DNA from: Vulcanimicrobiota bacterium
Lineage (GTDB): Bacteria > Vulcanimicrobiota > Vulcanimicrobiia > Vulcanimicrobiales > Vulcanimicrobiaceae
NCBI GenBank assembly: GCA_963812155.1
Contig: CAWETW010000002.1
Span: forward strand, 160,001 to 224,000
Direction of reading: 5' to 3'
DNA length: 64,000 nt
Of this stretch, positions 38,829 to 48,704 are shown piece by piece. Below the pieces are notes generated by a model. It did not search any database and was not told where the DNA came from. It saw only the letters and a list, made by a program, of their open reading frames with translations. Made by a program: the position numbers and the translations under genes. The stretch's first letter is position 1. Each line of letters opens with the position of its first letter.

Positions 38829-39530
38829 ATGAACGATGACGATTCGGCGAAGCGCGCCGCAGGCTACGCCGCGGTCGACCGCTACGTTACGGACGACGCG
38901 TGTATCGGCTTAGGCACCGGAACGACGGCGTATTGGGCGGTCGAACGCGTTGGCCGGCGCATCGCCAACGGCGAGCGTATCGCGGCGGTCGCGACGTCGA
39001 CGGCGACCGAAGCGCTGTGCCGCAAATGGAACATTCCCGTACTCACACTTCTCGAGCGGCCGATGACCGTCGCGATCGATGGCGCCGACGAAGTCGCTGC
39101 CGACTGGTCGCTCACGAAAGGCGGCGGCGGCGCGCTCTTTCGCGAGAAGGCAGTCGCGTTGTCGGCGCAGCAATTCGTCGTCATCGTAACGGGACGCAAG
39201 CTCGTCGAGAAGCTTGGCGCATTTCCCCTGCCGGTTGAAATCGTGCCCTACGCGGCGCCCTACGTGCAGCGCGAAATCTCGCGCGCCTTTTCCGATCTTA
39301 CGATCGTACGGCGCGGCACCGAAGACGTTCCCTACGTCACCGATAACGCCAACTGGATTTTCGATTGCCACTTCGGAAGCATCCAGGATCCGCGCGCCGT
39401 CGACGAAACGTTGCGGGGAATTCACGGCGTCGTCGCGACGGGAATCTTTTCCGGCATCGCCACCGACGTTATCGTCGGCGAAGCCTCCGGAACGGCCCGC
39501 TCGCTCTCGCACCGGGATGTTTCTTCATGA
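38829..39530 (+). CDS. rpiA: Ribose-5-phosphate isomerase A
   Basis: GLGTGTT, IDGADEV, KGGGGALFREK, TDNAN. Confidence 0.95.
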   Translation: MNDDDSAKRAAGYAAVDRYVTDDACIGLGTGTTAYWAVERVGRRIANGERIAAVATSTATEALCRKWNIPVLTLLERPMTVAIDGADEVAADWSLTKGGGGALFREKAVALSAQQFVVIVTGRKLVEKLGAFPLPVEIVPYAAPYVQREISRAFSDLTIVRRGTEDVPYVTDNANWIFDCHFGSIQDPRAVDETLRGIHGVVATGIFSGIATDVIVGEASGTARSLSHRDVSS

Positions 39531-40948
39531 GTGGGCCGACCCGCGCGCGGTTTCTGTCGACCGCCGCAGCCGCGGCGGTTCTTCCCTATGTCGAATGGAT
39601 ACGGCCGGTTGCGGCCCAGCCGCCGCCGGCGAAGCTCTCCGATATCGAGCACATCGTCATTCTCATGCAGGAGAACCGGTCATTCGACCATTACTTCGGC
39701 ACGCTGGCCGGCGTTCGCGGATTCGGCGACGCGCACGCTCCGCTGCTGCCCGGCGGGCGGACCGCGTTCTATCAACCGGATCCGCGTTCGTCCGAAGGCT
39801 ATTTACTCCCGTTTCACCTCGACACGCACACGACCAGCGCGCAGCGGCTGCACGACCTCAGCCATGCGTGGAACGTTCAGCATGCGGCGTGGAACGATGG
39901 GCGACTCGACCGTTTCGTCGAAGCGCACTACCGCAGCAACGGTCGCAGCGCGCCGCTTACGATGGGCTATTACAAACGTGAGGACATTCCGTTCTACTAC
40001 GCGCTCGCCGACGCGTTTACGGTCTGCGATGGATACCATTGCTCGGTGCTCGGACCAACTAACCCAAACCGCTACTATTGGATGACCGGCTCGATCGACC
40101 CGACGGGGAAGTATGGCGGTCCCGCAACCGAAAACAGCGGCGGACGCTATGCGTGGGAAACCTACGCGCAGCGCCTTCAAAACGCCGGCATCTCGTGGCG
40201 GATATATCGCCCCGAATCCTCCATCGAGTTTCCCGTCGGTCTCGATGTGATTCTGAACTTCGCTGCCTTTCAAGATCTTCCAACGACGTCACCGCTCTAC
40301 GAGCATGCCGTCAAAGTTCGTCCGGTCGAGACGATGCTCGAGGATATTCGCAGCGGAAATCTTCCGCAGGTCACCTGGATCGTTCCGCCTTACGGACTCT
40401 CCGAACACCCCGACATGCTCCCGGCCGCCGGCGAGAACTACGTTCGCCGAATCCTCGAAGCGTTCTGGTCGAATCGCAAGGTTTGGTCGCGTACCGCGTT
40501 CGTCATCGTCTACGACGAGAACGACGGCCTCTTCGACCACGTGGTGCCACCGACGCCGCCGCCGGGAACACCCGGCGAATACGTCAACGGCGTGCCCATC
40601 GGACTCGGTTTTCGCGTACCTTGTTTGGTCGTCTCGCCGTTTTCGCGCGGCGGTTTCGTCTGCGGCCAAACGTTCGATCACACGTCCACCCTGCGCCTGA
40701 TCGAAGCGCGTTTCGGCGTCGAAGTTCCCAATTTGACGGCGTGGCGGCGTGGAACGTGCGGCGATTTGACCGGCGCCTTCGGTTTCGGCGAAGCCGCCGA
40801 TACCAGCATTCCACAACTCCCTCAGACGGCCCAACCGCTCGCCGAGATCGAACGGCGGGTCGCCGAGCTTCCGCGTCCGGCCGCACCGCAGATTCAAACC
40901 ATGCCCAAGCCTGAAACAACGGGAATCGTCCGCCGCCGGCGCGCGTAG
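39527..40948 (+). CDS. Phospholipase C / phosphoesterase, Tat-like signal
   Basis: IEHIVILMQENRSFDHYFG, GPTNPNR, SEHP, YDENDGLFDHV, GLGFRVP, FDHTS. Confidence 0.92.
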   Translation: MSGPTRARFLSTAAAAAVLPYVEWIRPVAAQPPPAKLSDIEHIVILMQENRSFDHYFGTLAGVRGFGDAHAPLLPGGRTAFYQPDPRSSEGYLLPFHLDTHTTSAQRLHDLSHAWNVQHAAWNDGRLDRFVEAHYRSNGRSAPLTMGYYKREDIPFYYALADAFTVCDGYHCSVLGPTNPNRYYWMTGSIDPTGKYGGPATENSGGRYAWETYAQRLQNAGISWRIYRPESSIEFPVGLDVILNFAAFQDLPTTSPLYEHAVKVRPVETMLEDIRSGNLPQVTWIVPPYGLSEHPDMLPAAGENYVRRILEAFWSNRKVWSRTAFVIVYDENDGLFDHVVPPTPPPGTPGEYVNGVPIGLGFRVPCLVVSPFSRGGFVCGQTFDHTSTLRLIEARFGVEVPNLTAWRRGTCGDLTGAFGFGEAADTSIPQLPQTAQPLAEIERRVAELPRPAAPQIQTMPKPETTGIVRRRRA

Positions 40949-40966
40949 GTCAAACGCTCGAAGGCG

Positions 40967-41278
40967 TCAGCCTTTCGGATTCGCCGCCGAGTTCAGGGCC
41001 CGATTACGGACGGCAACGAGAAACTGCATCGGCGTCAGAAACCCGGGCCGCCCTTCAAGTGAATCGAGGACGTTCCAATCATCGCCCGCGCAATCAGTCT
41101 CCATAAGCGCGACGAATTCGGCGAGCACCTCCGTCGCCTTGCGCGCGACTTCCTCGCAGTGCGCAGGTATGGAGAATGCAGGCCCGCGCCAGCCGCACGA
41201 GCAGATGAGTTCGTCGATTTCATTTGACCCGTAGACCGGCCGGTGCTCTACACTGACTGCAATGGTCTTTGCTTCCAT
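40967..41278 (-). CDS. Hypothetical protein with CSCGW...HC putative metal-binding motif
   Basis: ORF fills the gap downstream of gpx. Confidence 0.6.
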   Translation of the reverse strand: MEAKTIAVSVEHRPVYGSNEIDELICSCGWRGPAFSIPAHCEEVARKATEVLAEFVALMETDCAGDDWNVLDSLEGRPGFLTPMQFLVAVRNRALNSAANPKG

Positions 41279-41309
41279 GCGGCTGCTTTTACCCGCAAAA
41301 ACCGTATTC

Positions 41310-41852
41310 TTAGCGCGTGAGCTCCATTTCGATAGCTTCGCGCAGACGAGGGTCCCCGGGGGCGACGTCGGGCGAAAACCGGGCAACGACGGAGCCGTCG
41401 CGCGCGATGAGGAACTTTTCGAAGTTCCAGAGCACCTCCGGCTCGGGATTAGGCGTCATGCCGTACCCACTGAGCTCCTCACGAAACCCATCGCTCGCCT
41501 GCGCCTTTGGAAAACGCGCGACCAGCTCGGCGTACAGCGGATGCTTGCTATCGCCGGCGACGACGATCTTCGAAAACATTGGAAAATCGACGGAGTATCG
41601 CTCGGTACAGAAAGCCGAGATCTCGGCGTCGTCACCCGGTTCCTGCGCTCCGAAATCGTTGGAGGGAAAGCCCATCACGACGAGTCCCTTGTCGCGGTAC
41701 TCCTTGCTCAGTGCTTCCAAGCCGCCGTATTGCGGCGTGAGTCCGCACTCCGACGCCGTGTTCACGAGAAGGAGCACGTTCCCGGCGTACTCGCCGAGCG
41801 TCGTCTCGCGTCCGTCAATGGTTGCAAGCGGGATCTGCAGTAAATCAGTCAT
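41310..41852 (-). CDS. Glutathione peroxidase family (Cys form)
   Basis: VNTASECGLTPQY, FPSNDFGAQEPG, WNFEKFL. Confidence 0.95.
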   Translation of the reverse strand: MTDLLQIPLATIDGRETTLGEYAGNVLLLVNTASECGLTPQYGGLEALSKEYRDKGLVVMGFPSNDFGAQEPGDDAEISAFCTERYSVDFPMFSKIVVAGDSKHPLYAELVARFPKAQASDGFREELSGYGMTPNPEPEVLWNFEKFLIARDGSVVARFSPDVAPGDPRLREAIEMELTR

Positions 41853-41937
41853 GGGACGCCTGCCTTCGGCGGGGGCCGGCACCCTACCCTCGACGCCCCG
41901 TCCGAAACAAAGCATTCGGCATGCCGTACGTGCGCCA

Positions 41938-42660
41938 ATGGAGATTCTGACCGAAGCTCTGAGTAAGAACTATCGCGAGATCGCTGCAGTGCGAGATTGT
42001 ACGCTGCGGTTGGAGCCCGGAGTTCTGGGATTGCTCGGGCCAAACGGCGCGGGCAAATCGACGCTGATGCGTATGCTGGCGACGGTCACGAAGCCCACCA
42101 GCGGAACGATCCGCTTCGACGGAACCGACGTCGTCGCACAGCCGGGCAAGTTGCGCCGAGTGCTAGGGTATCTGCCGCAGGACTTCGGCATCTATCCGCA
42201 TCTCTGCGCGACCGAATTCCTCGAATATATCGGCGCCCTCAAAGGCATCCCACGCCGGCAGCTTCGCGCGCGCATCGGCACGTTACTCGAGCTTCTGAAC
42301 CTCACGCATGCCGCGTCGCGGCCCCTGGGCGGCTTCTCGGGCGGCATGCGCCAGCGTGTCGGGATCGCACAGGCACTGCTCAACGACCCGCAAGTCTTAA
42401 TCGTCGACGAGCCGACGGCGGGATTGGATCCGGAGGAACGCGTGCGGCTTCGCACGCTGTTGTACGAGATGGCGCGCGACCGCATCATCATCTTCTCGAC
42501 GCACATCTGCTCCGACGTCGAAAGCATCGCGACGCGCATTGCCATCGTCAATCACGGGAAGCTGTTAGCCCACGACGCTTTCTCGAGGCTTCTCTTGCCT
42601 TCGGAATCGTTGGAGGGGTGCTACTTGCGCGTCATCTCGGAAAGTCGCGCCGCGGCGTGA
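41938..42660 (+). CDS. ABC transporter ATP-binding protein
   Basis: GPNGAGKST, FSGGMRQR, IVDEPT. Confidence 0.95.
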   Translation: MEILTEALSKNYREIAAVRDCTLRLEPGVLGLLGPNGAGKSTLMRMLATVTKPTSGTIRFDGTDVVAQPGKLRRVLGYLPQDFGIYPHLCATEFLEYIGALKGIPRRQLRARIGTLLELLNLTHAASRPLGGFSGGMRQRVGIAQALLNDPQVLIVDEPTAGLDPEERVRLRTLLYEMARDRIIIFSTHICSDVESIATRIAIVNHGKLLAHDAFSRLLLPSESLEGCYLRVISESRAAA

Positions 42661-44201
42661 GCGGCCTTTGGCCAATGTACGCACTGGTACGTGCCGATTT
42701 TTTCGAACGTACGCGGCGCTACGCGTACGTCGCGACGATCGCCGCTACACTCTTGATGGGCACCCTGCTGCTCCCGGCCCATAACGCGGGCTACCAGACG
42801 TTTCTGGTCGACAACTATTGGGGGATTTATAATTCCGCATGGGTCGGCGCCAGCTCCGCACTGCTGGCGGCAATGCTGCTTTCGCTCTTCGGTTTCTATT
42901 TAGTCAAGACCGCCGTGACGCGCGATCGCACGACGCGGGTCGGGGAAATCATCGCGACCACGCCGCTCAGCCGTTTCGAATACTCACTTGGAAAGGCGCT
43001 TAGCAATTTTTTGGTGCTCGCGACGATGGCGGCGATCCTCTTCGTTACGGCCATCGCAATGCAACTGCTGCGCGGCGACAGCACCTCGGTGAATATCACG
43101 CAAATCGGCGCGCCCTTTGCTTTGGTGGTCTTGCCCGTGATCGCGGTGGTTGCGGCAGTCGCCGTCTTCTTCGAGATGGTGCCGTGGCTGCGCGGCGGAT
43201 TCGGCAACGTAGCCTATTTCTTTTTGTGGACGGCTTATCTCGGCTGGAGTTTTCAGGCGAACCTGCGGGCGCCATGGTGGCGGGATCTGCTCGGCGGGAA
43301 TCTGATCGTCGGGAAAGTCTTTTCGGCGATATTACGCATCGATCCACGCGCGCGGCGCGACTCGATTGAACTTGGCGCGGTGTTCGGCGCGACGGCGCGC
43401 CGCAGTTTTGAATTCTCAGGATTTATTTGGACGGCCGGCGACGTCGCAGGCCGCTTGATGTGGCTCGTCGTCGCGATCTGCATCGTTGCCGTAGCCGCCC
43501 TGCTCTTCGACCGTTTTTCAAAGGTTGCACGCAGCTCGGAAGCGCGCCGGCGCGGCAGCGCTGCTGCGCGTTGGAGTACGGCGTTCGAGCGCTATACGGC
43601 GCCGGTGGTCGACGTGGTCTTTGCCAGTGACTTCGGCACAATCGTGCTTGCGGAGCTTCGCCTGCTCGTTCGGGGATTGAGTTTCTGGTGGTACGTCGTT
43701 GCCGCCGGGTTGTGGGTGTTCCAGCTGCTGGCCGGAGCCAAAGAGCAAAGCCTCGCCGTCGGTTTGGCTTGGATTTGGCCGATGCTGCTCTGGTCGCAAC
43801 TCGGCGCGCGCGAGCCTATCTACGGCACGGAGCAACTGATCTATCCTGTTCTCCATCCGATCCGGCAATTTATCGCGCAGTGGTTCGCCGGAGTCGTGCT
43901 CGCGCTGTTTGTTGCCGGAGGCGCGCTGATTCATTTCGCGGCAACCGGCAATCCGAGCGGCATCGAGGGTATCGTTGCCGGTGCCTTTTTCGTTCCGACG
44001 CTCGCTTTAACGTGCGGCGCACTCTCCGGTACGACGCGCCTCTTCGAAATCGTCTACCTCATCCTGTGGTATCTGGGACCGATGAATCGCACCGCGCTCG
44101 ACTTTTCGCAAGGTGCTAACGCACCTGGCTTCACGGCTGCATCGCTCGGTCTGCTTGCGCTGGCAATCGGCGCACGCAAGCTTCGCCTGCGATACGCTTA
44201 G
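42657..44201 (+). CDS. ABC-2-type exporter permease (two-module membrane protein)
   Basis: GTGA overlap with the ATPase; many TM helices; TTPLSRFEYSLGK. Confidence 0.78.
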   Translation: MSGLWPMYALVRADFFERTRRYAYVATIAATLLMGTLLLPAHNAGYQTFLVDNYWGIYNSAWVGASSALLAAMLLSLFGFYLVKTAVTRDRTTRVGEIIATTPLSRFEYSLGKALSNFLVLATMAAILFVTAIAMQLLRGDSTSVNITQIGAPFALVVLPVIAVVAAVAVFFEMVPWLRGGFGNVAYFFLWTAYLGWSFQANLRAPWWRDLLGGNLIVGKVFSAILRIDPRARRDSIELGAVFGATARRSFEFSGFIWTAGDVAGRLMWLVVAICIVAVAALLFDRFSKVARSSEARRRGSAAARWSTAFERYTAPVVDVVFASDFGTIVLAELRLLVRGLSFWWYVVAAGLWVFQLLAGAKEQSLAVGLAWIWPMLLWSQLGAREPIYGTEQLIYPVLHPIRQFIAQWFAGVVLALFVAGGALIHFAATGNPSGIEGIVAGAFFVPTLALTCGALSGTTRLFEIVYLILWYLGPMNRTALDFSQGANAPGFTAASLGLLALAIGARKLRLRYA

Positions 44202-44297
44202 CCGCTCCCGGCATAGGAATTTGCCCGCGAAGGCGCCCATGCGGTAGAGTTGACCGGTCGAATGGAGCCGAGCCGGCTAGTTCGAGAGGAGGGCGTT

Positions 44298-46346
44298 TTG
44301 AACGTTCAGTCGCCGCGGCTACGCCATATTCTGGCGTTCGTTGCCTTCGCGTTTACCGGTGCATCGCTATGGGCGGGTTGCGCTTCAATGGGGACCCCCG
44401 CGAGCGCGATCCCATCAACAGCGACGGCCCGTTCCATTGGCGGGCCGTCGCCGAACGAACGCACGTATCCCGATGTTACGATCCCAGTGACAACGTTGAA
44501 CGACTTCGGCCCTGGGTCACTGCGAGAGGCGATTCTTACCGTCAACCACCGGCAGGCGGCTCGAGCAACGATTACCTTCGCCGTGAGCGGCTCCATTCGG
44601 CTGGTCAGCGATTTTCCGGTCGTGAGCGCTCGCGTTACGATCGATGGAACGACCACTCCCCAGTATGCGGGGGAACCGCTCGTCGAAGTAAATGCAAACG
44701 CACATCGTGGGGTGGTTTTCGGGCCTGGGTCGACCGGGGCAAAACTCCTCGCCCTCTCGATAACGAATGCAATCGGAAACGGCGTGACGCTCAACGCCGG
44801 ATCGATTACGCTCAACCTCGACTATATCGGTCTGCGTCGGAACGGCACCGCGTCGCGCAATGGCGGCGACGGCATCTACGTTTCCGCAAAGTCGTCAAAA
44901 AACCGCATCGGGATCAACCTTTCTGGGGCGTCGGGCGCGCTCGGGAACGTCGTTTCGGGGAACGCGGGTAACGGCATAAGCCTCCACGGCTCCTCGGCAA
45001 ACGTCATCGCCGCCAATCGGATCGGAACCGACGTAAACGGCAAACACGCGATACCCAACGCCGGAAACGGCATTCTGCTAACGGCGGCTTCCACCGGCAA
45101 CGAAATCGGCGGAACGAGGTTTGTCGACAGCGCGACCGGGCAGGCGAACAACCCGACCGGAAATAAGGGAACGACGACGCCGGTTTTTGTGGTTCCTCCC
45201 GACGGTAACCTGGTTTCAGGGAATGCGAAAAACGGCATTCTCATCAACAAAGACTCGCAAGCGAATACCCTCAACGGCAACTTCGTCGGAACGAGCGCCG
45301 GCGGAGACTCCGCAATTGCCAACGCAGCAGACGGCGTGCGCATCGTCTACTCTCCGGGCAACGCACTAATCGGCTGTAAGTTCCGCAACAATCCGTTCGT
45401 TTACTACAACGTTCTCAGTGGAAACCTGGGAAACGGACTGCACGTCACCAACTCCGACGACGTCATCGTTCAAGGCAACTTTTTCGGCATCGGCGCGAAC
45501 AACACGAACATCGTCACCAATAAGCGTGATGGGATTCTCATCGACGGATCGTCGGCCAACACCCAAGTCGGCGGCGTCATTCCGCTGGGTAACGTTTCGG
45601 CCGGCAACGTGCGCAACGGCATCGAGGTGGCTGGAACGGCGGCCGGTTTCATAACCTTCAATACGTTTGGCGGGCTCCTGGCCTTTAAGGGCGCCGCCCC
45701 GAACGGAAACGACGGCGTGCTCATCACGGCAACGGGCGGGAAACAGACGGTTCGCACCAACGTCCTTTCCGGAAATGGAAATAACGGACTGGAAATCGGC
45801 GGAGACGCGTCGGGAGTGACGGTCGGACCAGACATCATCGGCCTTAGCACGCAAGGTAATGCGCTATTGCCGAACGGCGGCGATGGCGTGCTCATCGACG
45901 GCACGGCACACGACAACACGCTCGGCGACTACTATCAGTCGGTTATTCCGCAGAACACGTTCTCGGGCAATCTTGGATACGGCGTTGCAGTTACGGATAG
46001 CGCTCACGATAACACCATTATCAACACTTTTATCGGTATCGACGTCGCAGGAACTGGGCCGCTCTCGAATCAGCACGGCGGCATCTTCGTCGGAGGCTCT
46101 GCGATACGCAACGTTATCGGAGGCTCGTCATCCGATCCCAGCAAGCCACTGAAGAACATCGTCAGCGGCAACGTGGGTAACGGCGTAACCTTGGACAAGT
46201 CGAGCAGCTATACGTCGATCATCGACAACTGGATTGGCTTGAATCGGACGGGGAAAAAGGCGCTGCCGAACTCCGGGCATCCGATCGTCGTGAAACCCGG
46301 CAGCCTCCACAACAAAATCGCCGGCAACGTGACGTGTTGTAACTAA
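44298..46346 (+). CDS. Secreted right-handed parallel beta-helix repeat lipoprotein
   Basis: SD GAGGAGG then TTG; WAGC lipobox; GPGSLREAI; repeated N(V/L)VSGNxxNG(I/V) and N(F/Y)IG. Confidence 0.82.
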   Translation: MNVQSPRLRHILAFVAFAFTGASLWAGCASMGTPASAIPSTATARSIGGPSPNERTYPDVTIPVTTLNDFGPGSLREAILTVNHRQAARATITFAVSGSIRLVSDFPVVSARVTIDGTTTPQYAGEPLVEVNANAHRGVVFGPGSTGAKLLALSITNAIGNGVTLNAGSITLNLDYIGLRRNGTASRNGGDGIYVSAKSSKNRIGINLSGASGALGNVVSGNAGNGISLHGSSANVIAANRIGTDVNGKHAIPNAGNGILLTAASTGNEIGGTRFVDSATGQANNPTGNKGTTTPVFVVPPDGNLVSGNAKNGILINKDSQANTLNGNFVGTSAGGDSAIANAADGVRIVYSPGNALIGCKFRNNPFVYYNVLSGNLGNGLHVTNSDDVIVQGNFFGIGANNTNIVTNKRDGILIDGSSANTQVGGVIPLGNVSAGNVRNGIEVAGTAAGFITFNTFGGLLAFKGAAPNGNDGVLITATGGKQTVRTNVLSGNGNNGLEIGGDASGVTVGPDIIGLSTQGNALLPNGGDGVLIDGTAHDNTLGDYYQSVIPQNTFSGNLGYGVAVTDSAHDNTIINTFIGIDVAGTGPLSNQHGGIFVGGSAIRNVIGGSSSDPSKPLKNIVSGNVGNGVTLDKSSSYTSIIDNWIGLNRTGKKALPNSGHPIVVKPGSLHNKIAGNVTCCN

Positions 46347-46362
46347 TATCGCGCTGAAGGTT

Positions 46363-46983
46363 GTGCTGCACTCTCGCCGGATCGCTACGGTTTTCGTTGC
46401 GACCGCCGCCGTTTGCACCTGCATGCCGATGGCTGTATCCGGTGCGCGTTTTCCGAACGCCGTCGAAAGGACGTTTGTCGTCACCGGGGACGCTGCGAAG
46501 TCGGTGGCGCTGCTGCTCGGCATGCGGGCGTCCGGATCGTCCTCCGCCTCACTTCCGCTCGATAAAGGTGTGGCATGGGCGGTGTATCTCCTCAAACAAG
46601 ATACGAAGACGCCCCTGTACAACGGCGACGGACCACCGCGCTCGAATCGCGTAACTTTCTCGGCTTCTCCGCTTCCCACTCTGACGCTGGCGCCTTACTG
46701 GCTCGATCTTGCGACCGCTCTTCCTAACTCGCAACCCGGATACTATTCGTTCAGCTCACCATTTATCGCCGAAGACCTGAAGGCGAGCGATTCGTGGACG
46801 CAGATGTTGAAGCGCCTCAAGCACGAATCTGGCTGGGATAGCAAGCGATTCCCGCAGTTTCAACGATGCTTTACGTCGCTCGACAAGACTGAACTCTGCG
46901 TCGCGGTCTACGGCAATAAACACTACGCCGACAACGTCGAACGAAACGGTTACATGGAGACGATCGCCATCCACTCCACGTGA
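46363..46983 (+). CDS. Hypothetical secreted protein
   Basis: Hydrophobic N-terminus; fills gap. Confidence 0.65.
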   Translation: MLHSRRIATVFVATAAVCTCMPMAVSGARFPNAVERTFVVTGDAAKSVALLLGMRASGSSSASLPLDKGVAWAVYLLKQDTKTPLYNGDGPPRSNRVTFSASPLPTLTLAPYWLDLATALPNSQPGYYSFSSPFIAEDLKASDSWTQMLKRLKHESGWDSKRFPQFQRCFTSLDKTELCVAVYGNKHYADNVERNGYMETIAIHST

Positions 46984-46984
46984 A

Positions 46985-47584
46985 TCACTCTACGTAGTAG
47001 ACTTGACCGGTCTGAGCACCTTCGACGCTCTTGGCGAATGCCAGGGCGACGCGCTTGCCCGGGACGCCTTCGCTGCCTGGGAAGTAGGGGCCGTACGCTT
47101 CCATCGATTCGCGCAGTACCGTCGGACTAACGACGTTGATTCTCGTTCCGGCGGGAAATTCGAGTGCGGCCGAACGCACGAACGATTCGAGCGCACCGTT
47201 TACGAGCGCGGCGCTCGCGCCGTACCGGATGGGATCCTTGCTGAGCGTGCCCGCCACGAGCGTCACAGAACCTCCGGCGTTCAGGTGCTTCGCCGCCTCT
47301 AAAGCGAGATGGACCTGGCCCATCAGTTTATTGCCGATTCCGACCTGAAGCTGTTCGGGAGTCATCTCGAGCAAGGGACCGAAGTGCACGCTGCCCGCGG
47401 CGCTGACGACCGCGTCGACCTTGCCGATCTTTGCGAAAAGATTGCGAATGCTTTGGACGTCCGCGATGTCGACGTTGTGCTCGCCGTGCGACCTTCCCGC
47501 GGTAACGATTTCGTGCCGTTGATTGAGCTCGTCGACGATCGCGCTTCCGATCGTGCCCTCGGCACCGATAACGAGAATTTTCAT
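46985..47584 (-). CDS. Short-chain dehydrogenase
   Basis: KILVIGAEGTIG, NKLMGQV, RINVVSP. Confidence 0.9.
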   Translation of the reverse strand: MKILVIGAEGTIGSAIVDELNQRHEIVTAGRSHGEHNVDIADVQSIRNLFAKIGKVDAVVSAAGSVHFGPLLEMTPEQLQVGIGNKLMGQVHLALEAAKHLNAGGSVTLVAGTLSKDPIRYGASAALVNGALESFVRSAALEFPAGTRINVVSPTVLRESMEAYGPYFPGSEGVPGKRVALAFAKSVEGAQTGQVYYVE

Positions 47585-47609
47585 ACTCGCCGTGACCGGT
47601 GCTGCCGGG

Positions 47610-48599
47610 CTAGGGTTGCAGCTCCATGATGAGATTGGCTTCACGCTCGGCGGTGATGCCGGCTTTGAGCGGAGCGCTCTGCTCGCGGCTGCGATCCCAG
47701 CGCCACGTGTCGAGAATCGTGTCGTGCAGCGGACGAAAACGCAAGCCGCTCTCGATTGCGCGTTTCGATGAAATCGAGTCCCAGCCGCCCGCTTCATCGT
47801 CTGGAATCCACAGCGGCATCTCCGTCCACGGCTCGACTCCGTGCGCGTGCAGAAACGCCTGCGGCGCCCAGAGAAACTCGGCATCGCTGTGTAAGGCCGT
47901 ACGGCAGGCGTCGAGCAGCACACCGAACGCAAGGCGATAGTCGGGTCCCGTCGCGTTGAACGTTCCCGTACGGCGTGCTTCGAGTGAGGCCACGATCCAG
48001 TCGCTGAGGTCGCGCACGTCAATGAACTGCACGGCACGATCCGGCGGCGCGGGCGCGAGCGTGCGCCCACCCGATCCGACTCGCCGCACCCAATACGTAA
48101 ACCGATCGCTGGCATCGCGGGGCCCGACGATCAGCCCCGGACGCACGATAAAAGCGTTGCTGCCGAAGCGTTCGACCGCAGCCGATTCGCACTGGGCCTT
48201 GAGCGCTCCATACGCTTCCAGCGTTAGTTCGGTAGCGTTTGGATCGCCGTCGTCGAGCAGCGGTGCCGACTCGTCGGCGCCCTCGGGAACGCCGTCGCGA
48301 TAGACGCTCGTACTCGAGATAAGCGTATAGATGGCGTTCGGGCTCGCCCGCAAGAGATGGCCGCACGACGCGCCGACGTCGCGCGGCAGGTACGCGCACG
48401 TATCGACGATCGCATCGTAGGACTCAGTAATCTTCTCGAGATCGTGCGCGCGATCGCCTGGGATGCTGACCGCGCCGAGCAGCCCGCTTGGCATCGTTTT
48501 CGCGCGGTGAAAGAGCGTGACGTCATGCGCTCGCGCGAGAGCGCGCTCGGCGACCGCCCGTCCCAAGAACCGCGTGCCGCCGATGATGAGTATGCGCAT
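47610..48599 (-). CDS. NAD-dependent epimerase/dehydratase
   Basis: RILIIGGTRFLG, YGALK, RPGLIVGP, QFIDVRDL. Confidence 0.9.
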   Translation of the reverse strand: MRILIIGGTRFLGRAVAERALARAHDVTLFHRAKTMPSGLLGAVSIPGDRAHDLEKITESYDAIVDTCAYLPRDVGASCGHLLRASPNAIYTLISSTSVYRDGVPEGADESAPLLDDGDPNATELTLEAYGALKAQCESAAVERFGSNAFIVRPGLIVGPRDASDRFTYWVRRVGSGGRTLAPAPPDRAVQFIDVRDLSDWIVASLEARRTGTFNATGPDYRLAFGVLLDACRTALHSDAEFLWAPQAFLHAHGVEPWTEMPLWIPDDEAGGWDSISSKRAIESGLRFRPLHDTILDTWRWDRSREQSAPLKAGITAEREANLIMELQP

Positions 48600-48704
48600 G
48601 CTGGAGCTGCCGTGAGATACGAGCTCAGACCGGGGGTGCCTGCTGGGCTTGGCAGGCAAGGCCACGGCTCCGAACGGAGAACGGAACGCTAAGGGGAGAT
48701 CCCG

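Noticed and set aside
41745..41760. Selenocysteine in glutathione peroxidase or SelD
   Set aside because: Both active-site codons are TGC; no in-frame TGA
41317..41937. Long N-terminal extensions on ORF-track calls (ABC ATPase, permease, SDR, SnoaL, selD, OMF)
   Set aside because: They overlap neighbouring genes; downstream starts with SD or stop/start overlaps fit the family N-termini better
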